Below, piece after piece: positions 29,702-39,602 of a DNA stretch of 58,728 bases (the stretch's first letter is position 1; the number at the start of each line of letters is the position of its first letter). Under the pieces are notes generated by a model. That model worked only from the letters and a program-made list of their open reading frames with translations. It searched no databases and was not told where the DNA came from. The translations under genes and the position numbers were made by a program. Origin of the DNA: Candidatus Brocadiia bacterium (GTDB lineage: Bacteria > Planctomycetota > Brocadiia > CAIUPP01); the NCBI GenBank assembly GCA_050015075.1, contig JBEKCB010000034.1:1-58728 (forward strand), written 5' to 3'.

Positions 29702-31216
29702 ATGGCGAGCGGCGAATTCATCCTCGAGATGCGCCATATCTCCAAGAGCTTCCCGGGCGTTAGAGCGCTCGATGACGTTTCGATTCAAGTCCGCGCCGGG
29801 TCGGTCCATGCGCTCATGGGAGAGAACGGCGCCGGAAAATCCACGTTGATGAAGTGCCTGTTCGGCATCTACGTTCCCGACCAGGGAGAGATCGTGCTGG
29901 ACGGGAAACCCGTTTCTTTCGATACCGCGAGCCAGGCGTTGGACTCCGGGATATCCATGATTCACCAGGAACTGCTGCCCGTTCCATTCCGAAACGTAAT
30001 GGAAAACCTGTGGCTTGGAAGGTTTCCTCTTAAAAACTACGGCGTCGTGAAGCTGGTTGACCATAAGAAAATGTACGCGGATACGAAGGCGGTCTTCGAA
30101 AACTTGAAATTGGATATCGCCCCGGACGCGAAGGTGCTCGATTTGTCCGTTTCACAAATCCAGGCGATGGAAATCGCCAAGGCGATATCGTACAACTCGA
30201 AGGTGATCATAATGGACGAGCCTACGTCTTCCCTCACTCAGAACGAGGTTCAGCGCCTTTTTGCGATCATCCGAAAACTAAGAAGCGAAGGCGTCGCGAT
30301 CATCTACATCTCGCATAAAATCGAAGAAATTCTCGAAATCGCGGATGAAGTGACGATCATGCGCGACGGCAGGAATGTCGGGACCTGCGATGCGAAGGAC
30401 CTGACGACCGACCTGATCATCAGCCGGATGGTCGGCCGGGACCTTACGCACCGTTTCCCGCCGAGGGAGAACGTTCCCGGCGAAGTCGTCATGCGCGTCG
30501 AGAACCTGACCTCGACGGCCGAGAGATCGTTCAGGGAAGTATCCTTCGACCTCCGAAGGGGCGAGATCTTCGGCGTCAGCGGCCTCGTAGGAGCCCAGCG
30601 CACCGAACTCGTCGAGGCGATCTTCGGGTTGAGAGACATCCGCGCCGGGAATATCCGGATTGAGGGCAAGCGCGTCGAGATCAATAATCCCATACGGGCG
30701 AAAAAGAACCGAATGGCCCTTCTTACGGAAGACCGCAGGGCGACGGGAGTATTCCCAGTCCTTTCGGTGTTGGATAATACCCTGATCGCCAATCTGGACA
30801 AGTATGTCCGCGGAACGCGGCTTCTGGACAAAAGACGGGGAGAATCGGACGTCAACAAGAGCATCGCCATGCTCCGAGTCAAAACGCCTTCTTCCGCAAC
30901 GCCCATGGAAAGCCTCTCGGGAGGCAACCAGCAGAAAGTGATCGTCGCGCGCTGGCTGCTGACCGAACCGGAAATACTGATCCTCGACGAGCCGACCCGC
31001 GGCATCGACGTCGGCGCGAAATACGAGATTTACACCATCATCGCCGACCTTGCGAAACGCGGGAAAAGCGTCATCATGATCTCTTCGGAAATGCCGGAGT
31101 TGATCGGCATGTCCGACCGCATCATGGTCATGTGCGAAGGCCGGGTCACCGGCATTCTGAACGGCAAAGAGGCGACGCAGGAGCGCATCATGACGCTCGC
31201 GACGCAGTTCACATAA
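29702..31216 (+). CDS. mglA: Sugar ABC transporter ATPase
   Basis: GENGAGKSTLMKCLFGIY, MDEPTSSL, LSGGNQQK and LDEPTRGIDVGAK. Confidence 0.85.
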   Translation: MASGEFILEMRHISKSFPGVRALDDVSIQVRAGSVHALMGENGAGKSTLMKCLFGIYVPDQGEIVLDGKPVSFDTASQALDSGISMIHQELLPVPFRNVMENLWLGRFPLKNYGVVKLVDHKKMYADTKAVFENLKLDIAPDAKVLDLSVSQIQAMEIAKAISYNSKVIIMDEPTSSLTQNEVQRLFAIIRKLRSEGVAIIYISHKIEEILEIADEVTIMRDGRNVGTCDAKDLTTDLIISRMVGRDLTHRFPPRENVPGEVVMRVENLTSTAERSFREVSFDLRRGEIFGVSGLVGAQRTELVEAIFGLRDIRAGNIRIEGKRVEINNPIRAKKNRMALLTEDRRATGVFPVLSVLDNTLIANLDKYVRGTRLLDKRRGESDVNKSIAMLRVKTPSSATPMESLSGGNQQKVIVARWLLTEPEILILDEPTRGIDVGAKYEIYTIIADLAKRGKSVIMISSEMPELIGMSDRIMVMCEGRVTGILNGKEATQERIMTLATQFT

Positions 31217-31229
31217 ATTGGGGACGGCG

Positions 31230-32273
31230 ATGGGCAAGAGCGCATCCGACATGCTCGGCGGCATTACGCCGCGTTCGGTGCGAGAGTTCTCCAGCAGGAA
31301 TGCGATCGTCCTCGTGCTTTTCGGCATCGTCATCATCATCGGCATCCTGAAGCCGAGCTTCCTCACCCTGGAGAATATCGGCAACATCCTCAGAATTTCG
31401 TCGGTTCGCGCCATCATCGCCCTCGGCGCCAGCGGCATCCTCATCAGCAAGGGCGTGGATCTCTCGGCCGGCCGGACGGTGGGCCTCGCGGCGGTGATCT
31501 CGGCGTCGTTGATCCAGCGATCCGATTACGCGAGCAAGCTCTACCCGCATCTGCCCGACCTGCCCCTGCTGGTCCCGATCATCGCCGGCTTGAGCGTCGG
31601 GCTGATCGTCGGCGCGTTCAACGGTTTCGTCGTGGCGCACCTCAAAGTTCCTCCGTTCATCACGACCCTCGGGACGATGACCATCGTCTGGGGCGCGGCG
31701 TCGCTCTACGTGGACCGGCCGCCGATGGGCGCGCAGCCGCTCGGCGGCCTGCGGGCGGATTTCACGAACCTCGGATCGGGCTCCCTGGGTTTCACGGATG
31801 GCTTCGCGATACCGACGATCATCCTGATCGCCGCCGCCGTTTTAGGTCTCTATTGGATCATGCTCAACAAAACGAGGCTCGGGAAGAACCTATATGCGGT
31901 CGGAGGTAATTGCGACGCCGCGATCGTTTCGGGCGTTGACGTGAAGAAAACCCTCATATCGGTCTACGTCATCGCCGGCCTCCTCTATGGTCTCGGCGGA
32001 GTGCTCCTGGCCGCGCGTTCCGGCGGGGCCACCAACAACTACGGCAACATGTATGAACTGGACGCGATCGCGGCGTGCGTCATCGGAGGCGTCTCGACGA
32101 ACGGCGGCATCGGGACCGCGGGCGGCGTGCTCACCGGCGTGCTGATCTTCGAGGTGCTCAACAACGGCCTCGTCGTCCTGGGCGTTTCGGCCTACTGGCA
32201 ACAGATCGCCAAGGGGCTCATCATCATCGCGGCGGTCGCACTCGACATCAGGAAGTACACGAGGAAACGGTAG
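31230..32273 (+). CDS. mglC: Sugar ABC transporter permease
   Basis: DLSAGR, PPFITTLG, GATNNYGNMYELDAIAACVIGGVS. Confidence 0.85.
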   Translation: MGKSASDMLGGITPRSVREFSSRNAIVLVLFGIVIIIGILKPSFLTLENIGNILRISSVRAIIALGASGILISKGVDLSAGRTVGLAAVISASLIQRSDYASKLYPHLPDLPLLVPIIAGLSVGLIVGAFNGFVVAHLKVPPFITTLGTMTIVWGAASLYVDRPPMGAQPLGGLRADFTNLGSGSLGFTDGFAIPTIILIAAAVLGLYWIMLNKTRLGKNLYAVGGNCDAAIVSGVDVKKTLISVYVIAGLLYGLGGVLLAARSGGATNNYGNMYELDAIAACVIGGVSTNGGIGTAGGVLTGVLIFEVLNNGLVVLGVSAYWQQIAKGLIIIAAVALDIRKYTRKR

Positions 32274-32525
32274 TATGGCGTCCCTGTAATAAGTTGCATA
32301 TTGCGCGGTCATTCTGAGCACATTAGCCGCGCCAACGACTGCGCGGCTGGTGCATCAATAGAAAATGCGCGCCGAACGCGCATTTTCTTAGGAGCGAAGC
32401 GAAGAATCTCATACGCTGCTTGTAGTGGCGCCGTAAGGCGCTACGTCGTATGCCCTGACGGGCACACTACGAGCAGCATGACACATGGTGAGCTCACGTA
32501 CGTTATTTGCAGGACATGACAGCAG
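32271..32525. mobile_element. MITE-like element, copy 2 (opposite orientation to copy 1, diverged, with a nested insert)
   Basis: Shares blocks with the reverse complement of copy 1: AGTTGCATA..GGTCATTC.GAGC, GAATCTCATACGCTGC and CATGAC...GTTATTT...GGACA. Begins at the mglC TAG stop. Confidence 0.55.
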
Positions 32526-32551
32526 GGTTTCATTTGCTAAGGGGACGTCGA

Positions 32552-34060
32552 ATGATGAAAACAGCGGCGATTGGGATTGGGGCGCTGGCCGTCTGCCTGT
32601 CCGCTTTCGCGGCGGATAATTCGGCGAATATCCTGACTCCGCCTGCCCCGGCCGAGCCTCGGATCAATGGTCCTGCGGTGTTCGGCGTGCGCCCGGGATC
32701 GCCGTTTCTGTACACCATTCCAGCCACCGGAGACCGGCCGATGGAGTTTGCCGCGGATGGTTTGCCCCAGGGGCTGGCGGTTGACACCGCGACCGGGCGG
32801 ATCACCGGCGAACTGGCCGGGAAGGGCGAGTTCAAGGTCGTCCTGAAAGCCGGGAACGCGAGGGGATCGGCGGAGAAGAAATTTCGGATCATCGCGGGCG
32901 ACCGGATCTGCCTGACCCCGCCGATGGGCTGGAACAGTTGGAACTGCTGGGCGGGATCGGTCAATCAGGACAAGGTCCTGCAGTCGGCCCGGCAGATGGT
33001 CTCCACCGGGCTGATCAACCACGGTTGGACGTACATCAATATTGACGATACCTGGCAGGGCAAGCGCGGCGGAGAGTTCAACGGACTTCAAGGCAACGAG
33101 AAGTTCCCGGACATGAAGGGTCTCTGCGACGAGATTCACAAGCTCGGGCTGAAGGCGGGAATCTACTCCACGCCGTGGATGACTTCATACGCGGGATTCC
33201 CCGGCGGGTCCGGCGACAACCCCTCGGGCGCGTGGGACCGGACGATGGCGGACCGGAAGCACTGGCGGTTCGGGACGACCTCGTTCGCTGAAAACGATGC
33301 CAGGCAGTGGGCGGCGTGGGGATTCGACTATCTCAAGTACGACTGGAATCCCAATGACCTCGAGCACGTATCCGAGATGAACAAGGCGCTGCGGGCGTGC
33401 AAGCGGGACACGGTTTTCTCTCTGTCCAACGCCGCCCCGTTCGAGCACGCCGCCGACTGGGCGAAATGGGCCAACTGCTGGCGCACCACCGGCGACATCA
33501 ACGACCAGTGGCGCGTCGTGAGCGGCATCGCCTTCTCCGGCGACCGCTGGGCGCCGTTCGCCGGTCCGGGCCACTGGAACGATCCGGATATGCTGGTGGT
33601 CGGCTACGTCGGCTGGGGCCCGGCTCTGCACATGACCGGCCTGACGGCCGATGAACAGTATACGCACATCAGCATGTGGTGCATGCAGTCGGCGCCGCTG
33701 TTGATCGGATGCGACATGGAGAAGCTCGACCCGTTCACGCTCAGCCTGCTGACCAACGACGAGGTCCTCGCGGTGGACCAGGACGCTCTCGGGAAGCAGG
33801 CGGTCCGCGTGGACAGGATCGGAGAGGTGGACGTTTACCTGAAGGAGCTGGAGGACGGTTCCAGGGTCGTGGGGTTCTTCAATCGCGGGCCTCAAGTCCA
33901 GACCGTGGACTTCGACAAGCTGCCCAGCCTCGGCATGCCCGGCACGCTGCGGGCCCGCGACTTGTGGAGTCAGAAGAACCTCGGCAACGTCAACGGCGTG
34001 ATCCGGGCGACGATCAACTCCCACGGAGCGGTCCTGATCAGGCTGACGCCGGCGGAGTAG
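32552..34060 (+). CDS. GH27 alpha-galactosidase with an N-terminal putative Ig domain, secreted
   Basis: TPPMGWNSWN, INIDDTWQ, GFDYLKYDW, WRTTGDI and GHWNDPDML. Confidence 0.9.
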   Translation: MMKTAAIGIGALAVCLSAFAADNSANILTPPAPAEPRINGPAVFGVRPGSPFLYTIPATGDRPMEFAADGLPQGLAVDTATGRITGELAGKGEFKVVLKAGNARGSAEKKFRIIAGDRICLTPPMGWNSWNCWAGSVNQDKVLQSARQMVSTGLINHGWTYINIDDTWQGKRGGEFNGLQGNEKFPDMKGLCDEIHKLGLKAGIYSTPWMTSYAGFPGGSGDNPSGAWDRTMADRKHWRFGTTSFAENDARQWAAWGFDYLKYDWNPNDLEHVSEMNKALRACKRDTVFSLSNAAPFEHAADWAKWANCWRTTGDINDQWRVVSGIAFSGDRWAPFAGPGHWNDPDMLVVGYVGWGPALHMTGLTADEQYTHISMWCMQSAPLLIGCDMEKLDPFTLSLLTNDEVLAVDQDALGKQAVRVDRIGEVDVYLKELEDGSRVVGFFNRGPQVQTVDFDKLPSLGMPGTLRARDLWSQKNLGNVNGVIRATINSHGAVLIRLTPAE

Positions 34061-34195
34061 CTCCTCGCTGCGGAGCGGCTGTGCCGCCCATCAACGCCGC
34101 GAGTGCTTGCAGGAGGGCTCGTGACATCCAGGAAATGCTGATCCATGCGCACTTCAGAGTGGACCCGGTCACCGTTTTCCCCGAGGAGCCAGCAG

Positions 34196-35134
34196 ATGAG
34201 CATCGTACAGGCGGCTGTCGTGCAGGACGCGCCTCCGCAGTTCAGCACGCCGGCAACGCTGGCGAAAGTGGAACAGCACCTGCGCGAGGCCAGCAAACAA
34301 GGCGCGCAAGTGGTGGTTTTCCCGGAAGCGTTCATCGGCGGCTATCCCAAGGGAATGGACTTCGGCGCGCGGGTGGGCATGCGCTCGATGGAAGGCCGGA
34401 GGGATTTTCAGAGGTACTACGACGGCGCCGTCCAGGTGCCCGGCCCGGTGACCGGCGCGCTCGGGAAAATGGCGGCGGAATACCATCTGGTCATGGTGAT
34501 AGGAGTGATCGAGCAGACGCCAGGCACCCTATACTGCTGCGTCCTGTTCTTCGGGGCCGACGGCAAGCTGATGGGCAAACGCAGGAAGGTCATGCCGACG
34601 GCTATGGAGCGGCTGGTGTGGGGCTTCGGCGATGGCTCGACCCTGAGCGTCTTCCCGACGCCTGTCGGCCGCATTGGAGCGGTGATCTGTTGGGAGAACT
34701 ACATGCCGTTGATGCGCATGGCCATGTACGGACAAGACATCCAACTGTACTGCGCTTGCACGCTGGACGACCGTGAGACCTGGCAACCCACAATGCGACA
34801 TATCGCGCTGGAGGGCCGGTGCTATGTGCTTTCGAGCTGCCAGTTCGCCCGGCGCTCGGATTTCCCGGATTGGTGCAAGCCGGCGCCGAGCGCCGATGCA
34901 GACCCGGTCATGATTCGGGGCGGGAGCTGCATCGTAAGTCCGCTCGGACGGGTGATCGCGGGGCCCGTCTACGACCGCCCGGCCATGCTTATGGCGGAGT
35001 TGGATCTCGCCGAGATCACCCAGGGCAAGTATGATCTCGACGTAGCCGGCCACTACGCCCGGCCGGACATCTTCCAACTCACCGTCAACACCAAACCGCA
35101 GGAAGCGGTCTCGCTGGACGGACCGCCGGAATGA
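34196..35134 (+). CDS. Nitrilase (carbon-nitrogen hydrolase)
   Basis: Catalytic E-K-C in FPEAFIGGYP, RRKVMPT and ICWENYMP; DVAGHYARPD. Confidence 0.9.
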   Translation: MSIVQAAVVQDAPPQFSTPATLAKVEQHLREASKQGAQVVVFPEAFIGGYPKGMDFGARVGMRSMEGRRDFQRYYDGAVQVPGPVTGALGKMAAEYHLVMVIGVIEQTPGTLYCCVLFFGADGKLMGKRRKVMPTAMERLVWGFGDGSTLSVFPTPVGRIGAVICWENYMPLMRMAMYGQDIQLYCACTLDDRETWQPTMRHIALEGRCYVLSSCQFARRSDFPDWCKPAPSADADPVMIRGGSCIVSPLGRVIAGPVYDRPAMLMAELDLAEITQGKYDLDVAGHYARPDIFQLTVNTKPQEAVSLDGPPE

Positions 35135-35216
35135 GAAGGAAGTTCGGTACACCAACCGCCCATTTCATGCGCACTGCGGCAGGTTCTCGAACGTGACCGA
35201 TCGCAAGGAGCCACAG

Positions 35217-36986
35217 ATGCCGGGCTTGAAGCTGACCACGGAACAGGCCGCCGGACGCAGCATCATCCGAGGACTGCGCCGGACAGCGCTCATGGTGATC
35301 GTGGCAAGCGTGACCGGGTTCAGCGGCTACGCGCCCGCCGCGGACGCGGCCGATTCCAGCGCGGCGGCGAAGGCGTTTACATATAAGACTCCCCAGGGCG
35401 TGACGTTCGTGGTGACGGCCGAGGGGCTGTCGTCCATCCGGTATGCCGATCGCGAGCTCGCCACGGGCGCCTGGCGGGCTGGCAGCGGCGAGGACTGGTT
35501 CCGCTACGGCAACGGCAGGGTCGCCGCCGACAAGATCACCGAAAAGTCCCTGGAGATCCTGGACGGCAATCGCGCCCGCGTGCGCCATGTCATGCAGGAC
35601 ATCACCGCCGATTATAGTTACGTGTTCGACGGTGAAGACGTGACCGTGACCGCCCGCCTGGAGAACGCCAACCCGGCGGAGGAGATGGCCGTCGCCCGCT
35701 TTTACGGCCTGAAATTCGACTTCGGCCGGCCGCCGGCGGGCGTCATGTGCACGCAGCATATCTCGTACTTCCAGTTCCCCGGCCACGGCATTGCCATGTG
35801 CCATCCCAGCGGCTTCTCGAATATCGGCGGCAGCTACGCCGTCAACGAGGCCGTCGGGATCGGCGTCTCGCCCAGCCGGACCGGCCTGGTGCGGACGCTG
35901 ATTCTCTGGGACCACGGCGACTGGGCCCACCAGGAGACCGATCCCTGCCGGAATCTGAACTACTTCGTGGTCGCGCCGACGCCGGCCGCCGGAGCCAGGA
36001 CCTACGAGATGAAGCTCCGCGTCAGTCCCGATCGCGACTGGAAGCACCTGCTCGCCCCGTACAAAGAGCACTTCCAGGGGACGTTCGGGCCGGTGCAGTA
36101 CAAGGCCGACAACCGCTGGGCCGCCTCGTTTTACGCCAACAAGAGCATGCAGGCGGTCAGCGAGAAGAATCCTTACGGCTTCCATGACGGAATGGCGCGG
36201 CTGGACCTGCCCGAAGGAGTCCAGGCCCTGTGCGAGTTCATGCTCAAGCAGTTTCGCGAGGGCGGCGGCCAGGGAATGATCCTTTGGGGCCAGGGCGGCG
36301 AGGAGCCTCGCGGAGGCATGTACCGACCCGACTTCGACATCCTTCCGCCGGAGGTCGAGGCGCAGTGGCCGGCGCTGGCCCGGCAGTTCAAGGAGGCCGG
36401 CGTCCGCCTGGGTGTCACGGCTCGCCCGCGTCATATGGCCGTCCGCGTGAGCTGGAAGTCCGATGGGATCATTGACATCAACGCCGACGACGAAGGCCAC
36501 CGCCAGGTGCTCTGGAATCGTTTCAAGAACATGATCGCCCGCGGTTGCACCCTCTTCTACCTTGACAGCTTCGGCGACTCGCTGGAGGACGTGAAGCTCA
36601 TGCAGTTCCTCCGCCGGCAGATGGGGCCGGACATCCGGACTTTCGCCGAGCACCAGTGCGATGCGATCATGCCGTTCAGCGGCGGCTACAGCGAGACCGA
36701 ACTCAACGGCGACGCGGAGGGCAAAACCGGCAGTTATGCCTTCTGGTCCGGGCTGCGGAACTGGGAGATCTACCGCTGGCTGGCGCCGGGGTCGCAGATG
36801 GTGTCGCGTCTCTTTCGGACCAACAGCAAGGCGCCTGAGAACGTCGAGCCGGCGGAGCGGTTCTGGTTTCGCAACCACATCACGCCGTTGGTCGTCTACG
36901 GCCGGCCGACCGTCTCGGTTGCCGAACTCAAGGCCATGCAGGCCGAGTATGTTGACGATCAGGGACAGTGGAAGGACGGCCCTTAG
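35217..36986 (+). CDS. Secreted hypothetical protein (possible novel glycan-active enzyme)
   Basis: AAGGAG RBS, signal peptide and a long ORF in the operon's orientation; C-terminal LFYLDSFGD..FAEH hints at a TIM barrel. Confidence 0.6.
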   Translation: MPGLKLTTEQAAGRSIIRGLRRTALMVIVASVTGFSGYAPAADAADSSAAAKAFTYKTPQGVTFVVTAEGLSSIRYADRELATGAWRAGSGEDWFRYGNGRVAADKITEKSLEILDGNRARVRHVMQDITADYSYVFDGEDVTVTARLENANPAEEMAVARFYGLKFDFGRPPAGVMCTQHISYFQFPGHGIAMCHPSGFSNIGGSYAVNEAVGIGVSPSRTGLVRTLILWDHGDWAHQETDPCRNLNYFVVAPTPAAGARTYEMKLRVSPDRDWKHLLAPYKEHFQGTFGPVQYKADNRWAASFYANKSMQAVSEKNPYGFHDGMARLDLPEGVQALCEFMLKQFREGGGQGMILWGQGGEEPRGGMYRPDFDILPPEVEAQWPALARQFKEAGVRLGVTARPRHMAVRVSWKSDGIIDINADDEGHRQVLWNRFKNMIARGCTLFYLDSFGDSLEDVKLMQFLRRQMGPDIRTFAEHQCDAIMPFSGGYSETELNGDAEGKTGSYAFWSGLRNWEIYRWLAPGSQMVSRLFRTNSKAPENVEPAERFWFRNHITPLVVYGRPTVSVAELKAMQAEYVDDQGQWKDGP

Positions 36987-37014
36987 CGGACCGTCGAGAA
37001 AAGGAGAGGATTCC

Positions 37015-38085
37015 ATGAAGAGGGTGCGCGTTGGCGTAATCGGATGCGGTGCGATCAGCCCGGCCTATCTGCGCAACATGAAGACCCATTTCTCCGCCGT
37101 GCTCGACGTTGTGGCATGCGCCGACCTGGACCGGGAACTGGCCGCCAAGCGCGCCACGGAGTTCGGCGTGGGGCGCGTGTGCAGCACGGATGAGTTGCTG
37201 GCCGCTTCAGACATCGAACTGGCGATCAATCTCACGCCGTTCCCTGCGCACTACGACGTTTCCATGGCGGTTCTGAAAGCGGGCAAGCATTTGTTCACTG
37301 AAAAGTCGCTGGCGCAGACCCGTGACCAGGGGATGGATATCCTCCAGACGGCAAAGAGCAAAGGACTGCTGATCGGCGCGGCAGCCGACACATTTCTTTC
37401 CGCCGGCCCCCAGGCGTGCCTCCGGGCCATCAACGGCGACGAAATCGGCAAACCCACGGTCGCCAACGGGTTCATCGGCGTGGCAGGGCGCCGCGAGCAC
37501 TACCTCCACGCGTACGGAGGAGCCCTCTTCGATATGGGGCCATATTATCTCACGGCCCTTGTCGCTCTCCTGGGTCCGGTGGTCCGCGTGAGCGGCTCGG
37601 CGCAAAAACCGTTTGAAGAATTGACCGACGCCAAGGAAGGAGGCAAAACTTTCCGAGTGGATCGCCCGACGACGATCGCCGGAGTCCTGGACTTTGCCGG
37701 CGGCTGCGTCGCCGTCTTCACCGCTTCCGGCGACGTGTCGTGCTATCAGCCGCGCGTTGAAATACACGGCGTCAAGGCCTCCCTGCTCATGGGCGATGCG
37801 AACGGCTACAGCGCCGCTTCCCGGATGAGAAAGAGCGACCGCTCCGAGAGCGAACTTCCCATGGGCGATGGCTTCACGGCCGAAGGCCGCGCCCTGGGTA
37901 TTGCGGAAATGGCCGTGGCGATGCGCGCAGGACGCGCGCCTCGTGCCAGCGGCGAGCTGGCCTACCATGTGCTGGACATTATGCATGCCTTGCAGGATGC
38001 GTCGCAGCAGAACCGGCACGTGCGCCTGCGGAGCACATGCGCGCGTCCCACGCCGTTCAACATGGCCGAACTTTCAGGACAATGA
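37015..38085 (+). CDS. Gfo/Idh/MocA-family oxidoreductase
   Basis: VGVIGCGAIS, GKHLFTEKS and GALFDMGPYYLTALV. Confidence 0.85.
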   Translation: MKRVRVGVIGCGAISPAYLRNMKTHFSAVLDVVACADLDRELAAKRATEFGVGRVCSTDELLAASDIELAINLTPFPAHYDVSMAVLKAGKHLFTEKSLAQTRDQGMDILQTAKSKGLLIGAAADTFLSAGPQACLRAINGDEIGKPTVANGFIGVAGRREHYLHAYGGALFDMGPYYLTALVALLGPVVRVSGSAQKPFEELTDAKEGGKTFRVDRPTTIAGVLDFAGGCVAVFTASGDVSCYQPRVEIHGVKASLLMGDANGYSAASRMRKSDRSESELPMGDGFTAEGRALGIAEMAVAMRAGRAPRASGELAYHVLDIMHALQDASQQNRHVRLRSTCARPTPFNMAELSGQ

Positions 38086-38365
38086 CACGGCGGGCGTGTT
38101 CCGGTACATCTCGAATTTCTGCAGAGGCCACCAGAAAAAGCACAATGCCGCGCGGCGTATCTCGTCCTCAAGCACCAAGCCGCTGGCACGGACCACTTTT
38201 TCTCGGCCGCCGCCTGGCCCAAGGCGACGCGTGTTGAGCCGACTATCGCCCGAGCCAGGACTCAGGCTCTGCCCGTCAGGATTAATCCCAACACCACTCG
38301 GCGACAGCGCCGTTTTTGCTGCGCCGGTTCCCGCTCCACGCATTCAAGCCGCGCGGGTTATTATC

Positions 38366-38395
38366 TTGACTTGCTTCGGAAGCACACCCTATAAT
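38366..38395 (+). promoter_or_regulatory. Sigma70 promoter TTGACT-N18-TATAAT for the ubiquitin-system operon, with palindrome TGCTTC-G-GAAGCA in the spacer
   Basis: Read directly; lies about 125 nt upstream of the ATG at 38520. Confidence 0.6.
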
Positions 38396-38519
38396 GCCCG
38401 CGTTGTCGAGGGCTTTGGAGATCACTCTCCGCTGGCGGGCGCTGCGGCGTAGGGCGGGTGGCAATGTTGTAACGTCGCGCGTTCCAGTATGCGGTTCGCA
38501 CCCATTTGAAGGGGCAGCC

Positions 38520-39590
38520 ATGTCCTTCGCGGTCAAATGTCAGTGCGGCAAAGTGTTCAACGTCAAGGACGAATTCCTGAATCGGCAGGTGGAGTGCCAG
38601 GTGTGCCATGCCGTGTTCACGGCGACTCCGGAAGCGGCCGCGCCGGAACCGCCGGCGGTCAGTTCGCCCTCGTCAAATGCTTCGGCTGCCGCCGCGTCGG
38701 GAAACTTCCCCTGTCCCTTCTGCGCTGAACCGATTCCGAAAGGCTCCGTCTTCTGCCCGCTCTGCGGCGAGTCTTTGGGCGGCAAGCTCACGCCGGAGCA
38801 GGGCGCCCAGTTGCTCGCGGCCGCATCCGCGCAGCTCGACCAGTACGTTCGGAACCCGGAGAACCTGTCGTCGGACGACGCTCTGCGCGGCCGGCTCTTC
38901 TCGACAATGAGCATCGTTCTCGGAATCCTTCTGGCAATCTCCGTCGCTGCGATCGTGGCCGGAGGTTTGATGCACAGAGACAGTGGGATGCCGTTGGTGG
39001 TTTTGGGGATCATCTTCGGGTTAATTTTCATCATCGCTTTTCCAATTTCGTGGGCGAACGACTATCGCGCTTCGCACATCCACGATGCGCAGAAACCCGA
39101 GCAAGCCATGCGGCGGTACTTCCTCTCCTGCCGCTCCGGCCGGCACCTGAAAGCTTTTGCGTGCCTGGCGCCCTCCGCGCGCAACGGCTCATCGGCGCAC
39201 GCGCCGAAGTTTGAGAAGATCCCGTCTGAGTCGCCCGATTGCAAGATCACGGACTGGTCGAGCTTTCGGGAATACTGCCGGACGATTTTCAAGGGGCCGG
39301 GCGGCTATCAGCGGGCCGTTTACCTGAAGAAGGTCAAGGTCGAAAAGCAACTTCCCGACGGAACGGCGTGGGTCACGGCCGAATTCCAGTTCACCAGTTT
39401 CTCCAAGTGGCTGTACCTGCTCATCCTGATCAACCTCCTCGTCTGCGCGGTCGTCGTTGCCGTGGTGACGAAGCGTGAAAAGAAGACCATACGAAAGTGC
39501 CTTTTCCGGCGCGGCGACCGATGGTACGTGGCGGAGGCGGATTTCGAAGGCGCTCTGGACAAGGCGGCTCCGGCATTCGCCGAAGCCTAG
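38520..39590 (+). CDS. Zinc-ribbon membrane protein (first gene of the ubiquitin-like operon)
   Basis: CQCG...CQVC, a Pro/Ala/Ser linker, CPFC...CPLC and 3 TM segments. Confidence 0.7.
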   Translation: MSFAVKCQCGKVFNVKDEFLNRQVECQVCHAVFTATPEAAAPEPPAVSSPSSNASAAAASGNFPCPFCAEPIPKGSVFCPLCGESLGGKLTPEQGAQLLAAASAQLDQYVRNPENLSSDDALRGRLFSTMSIVLGILLAISVAAIVAGGLMHRDSGMPLVVLGIIFGLIFIIAFPISWANDYRASHIHDAQKPEQAMRRYFLSCRSGRHLKAFACLAPSARNGSSAHAPKFEKIPSESPDCKITDWSSFREYCRTIFKGPGGYQRAVYLKKVKVEKQLPDGTAWVTAEFQFTSFSKWLYLLILINLLVCAVVVAVVTKREKKTIRKCLFRRGDRWYVAEADFEGALDKAAPAFAEA

Positions 39591-39602
39591 CGAGGGCCCA
39601 AC

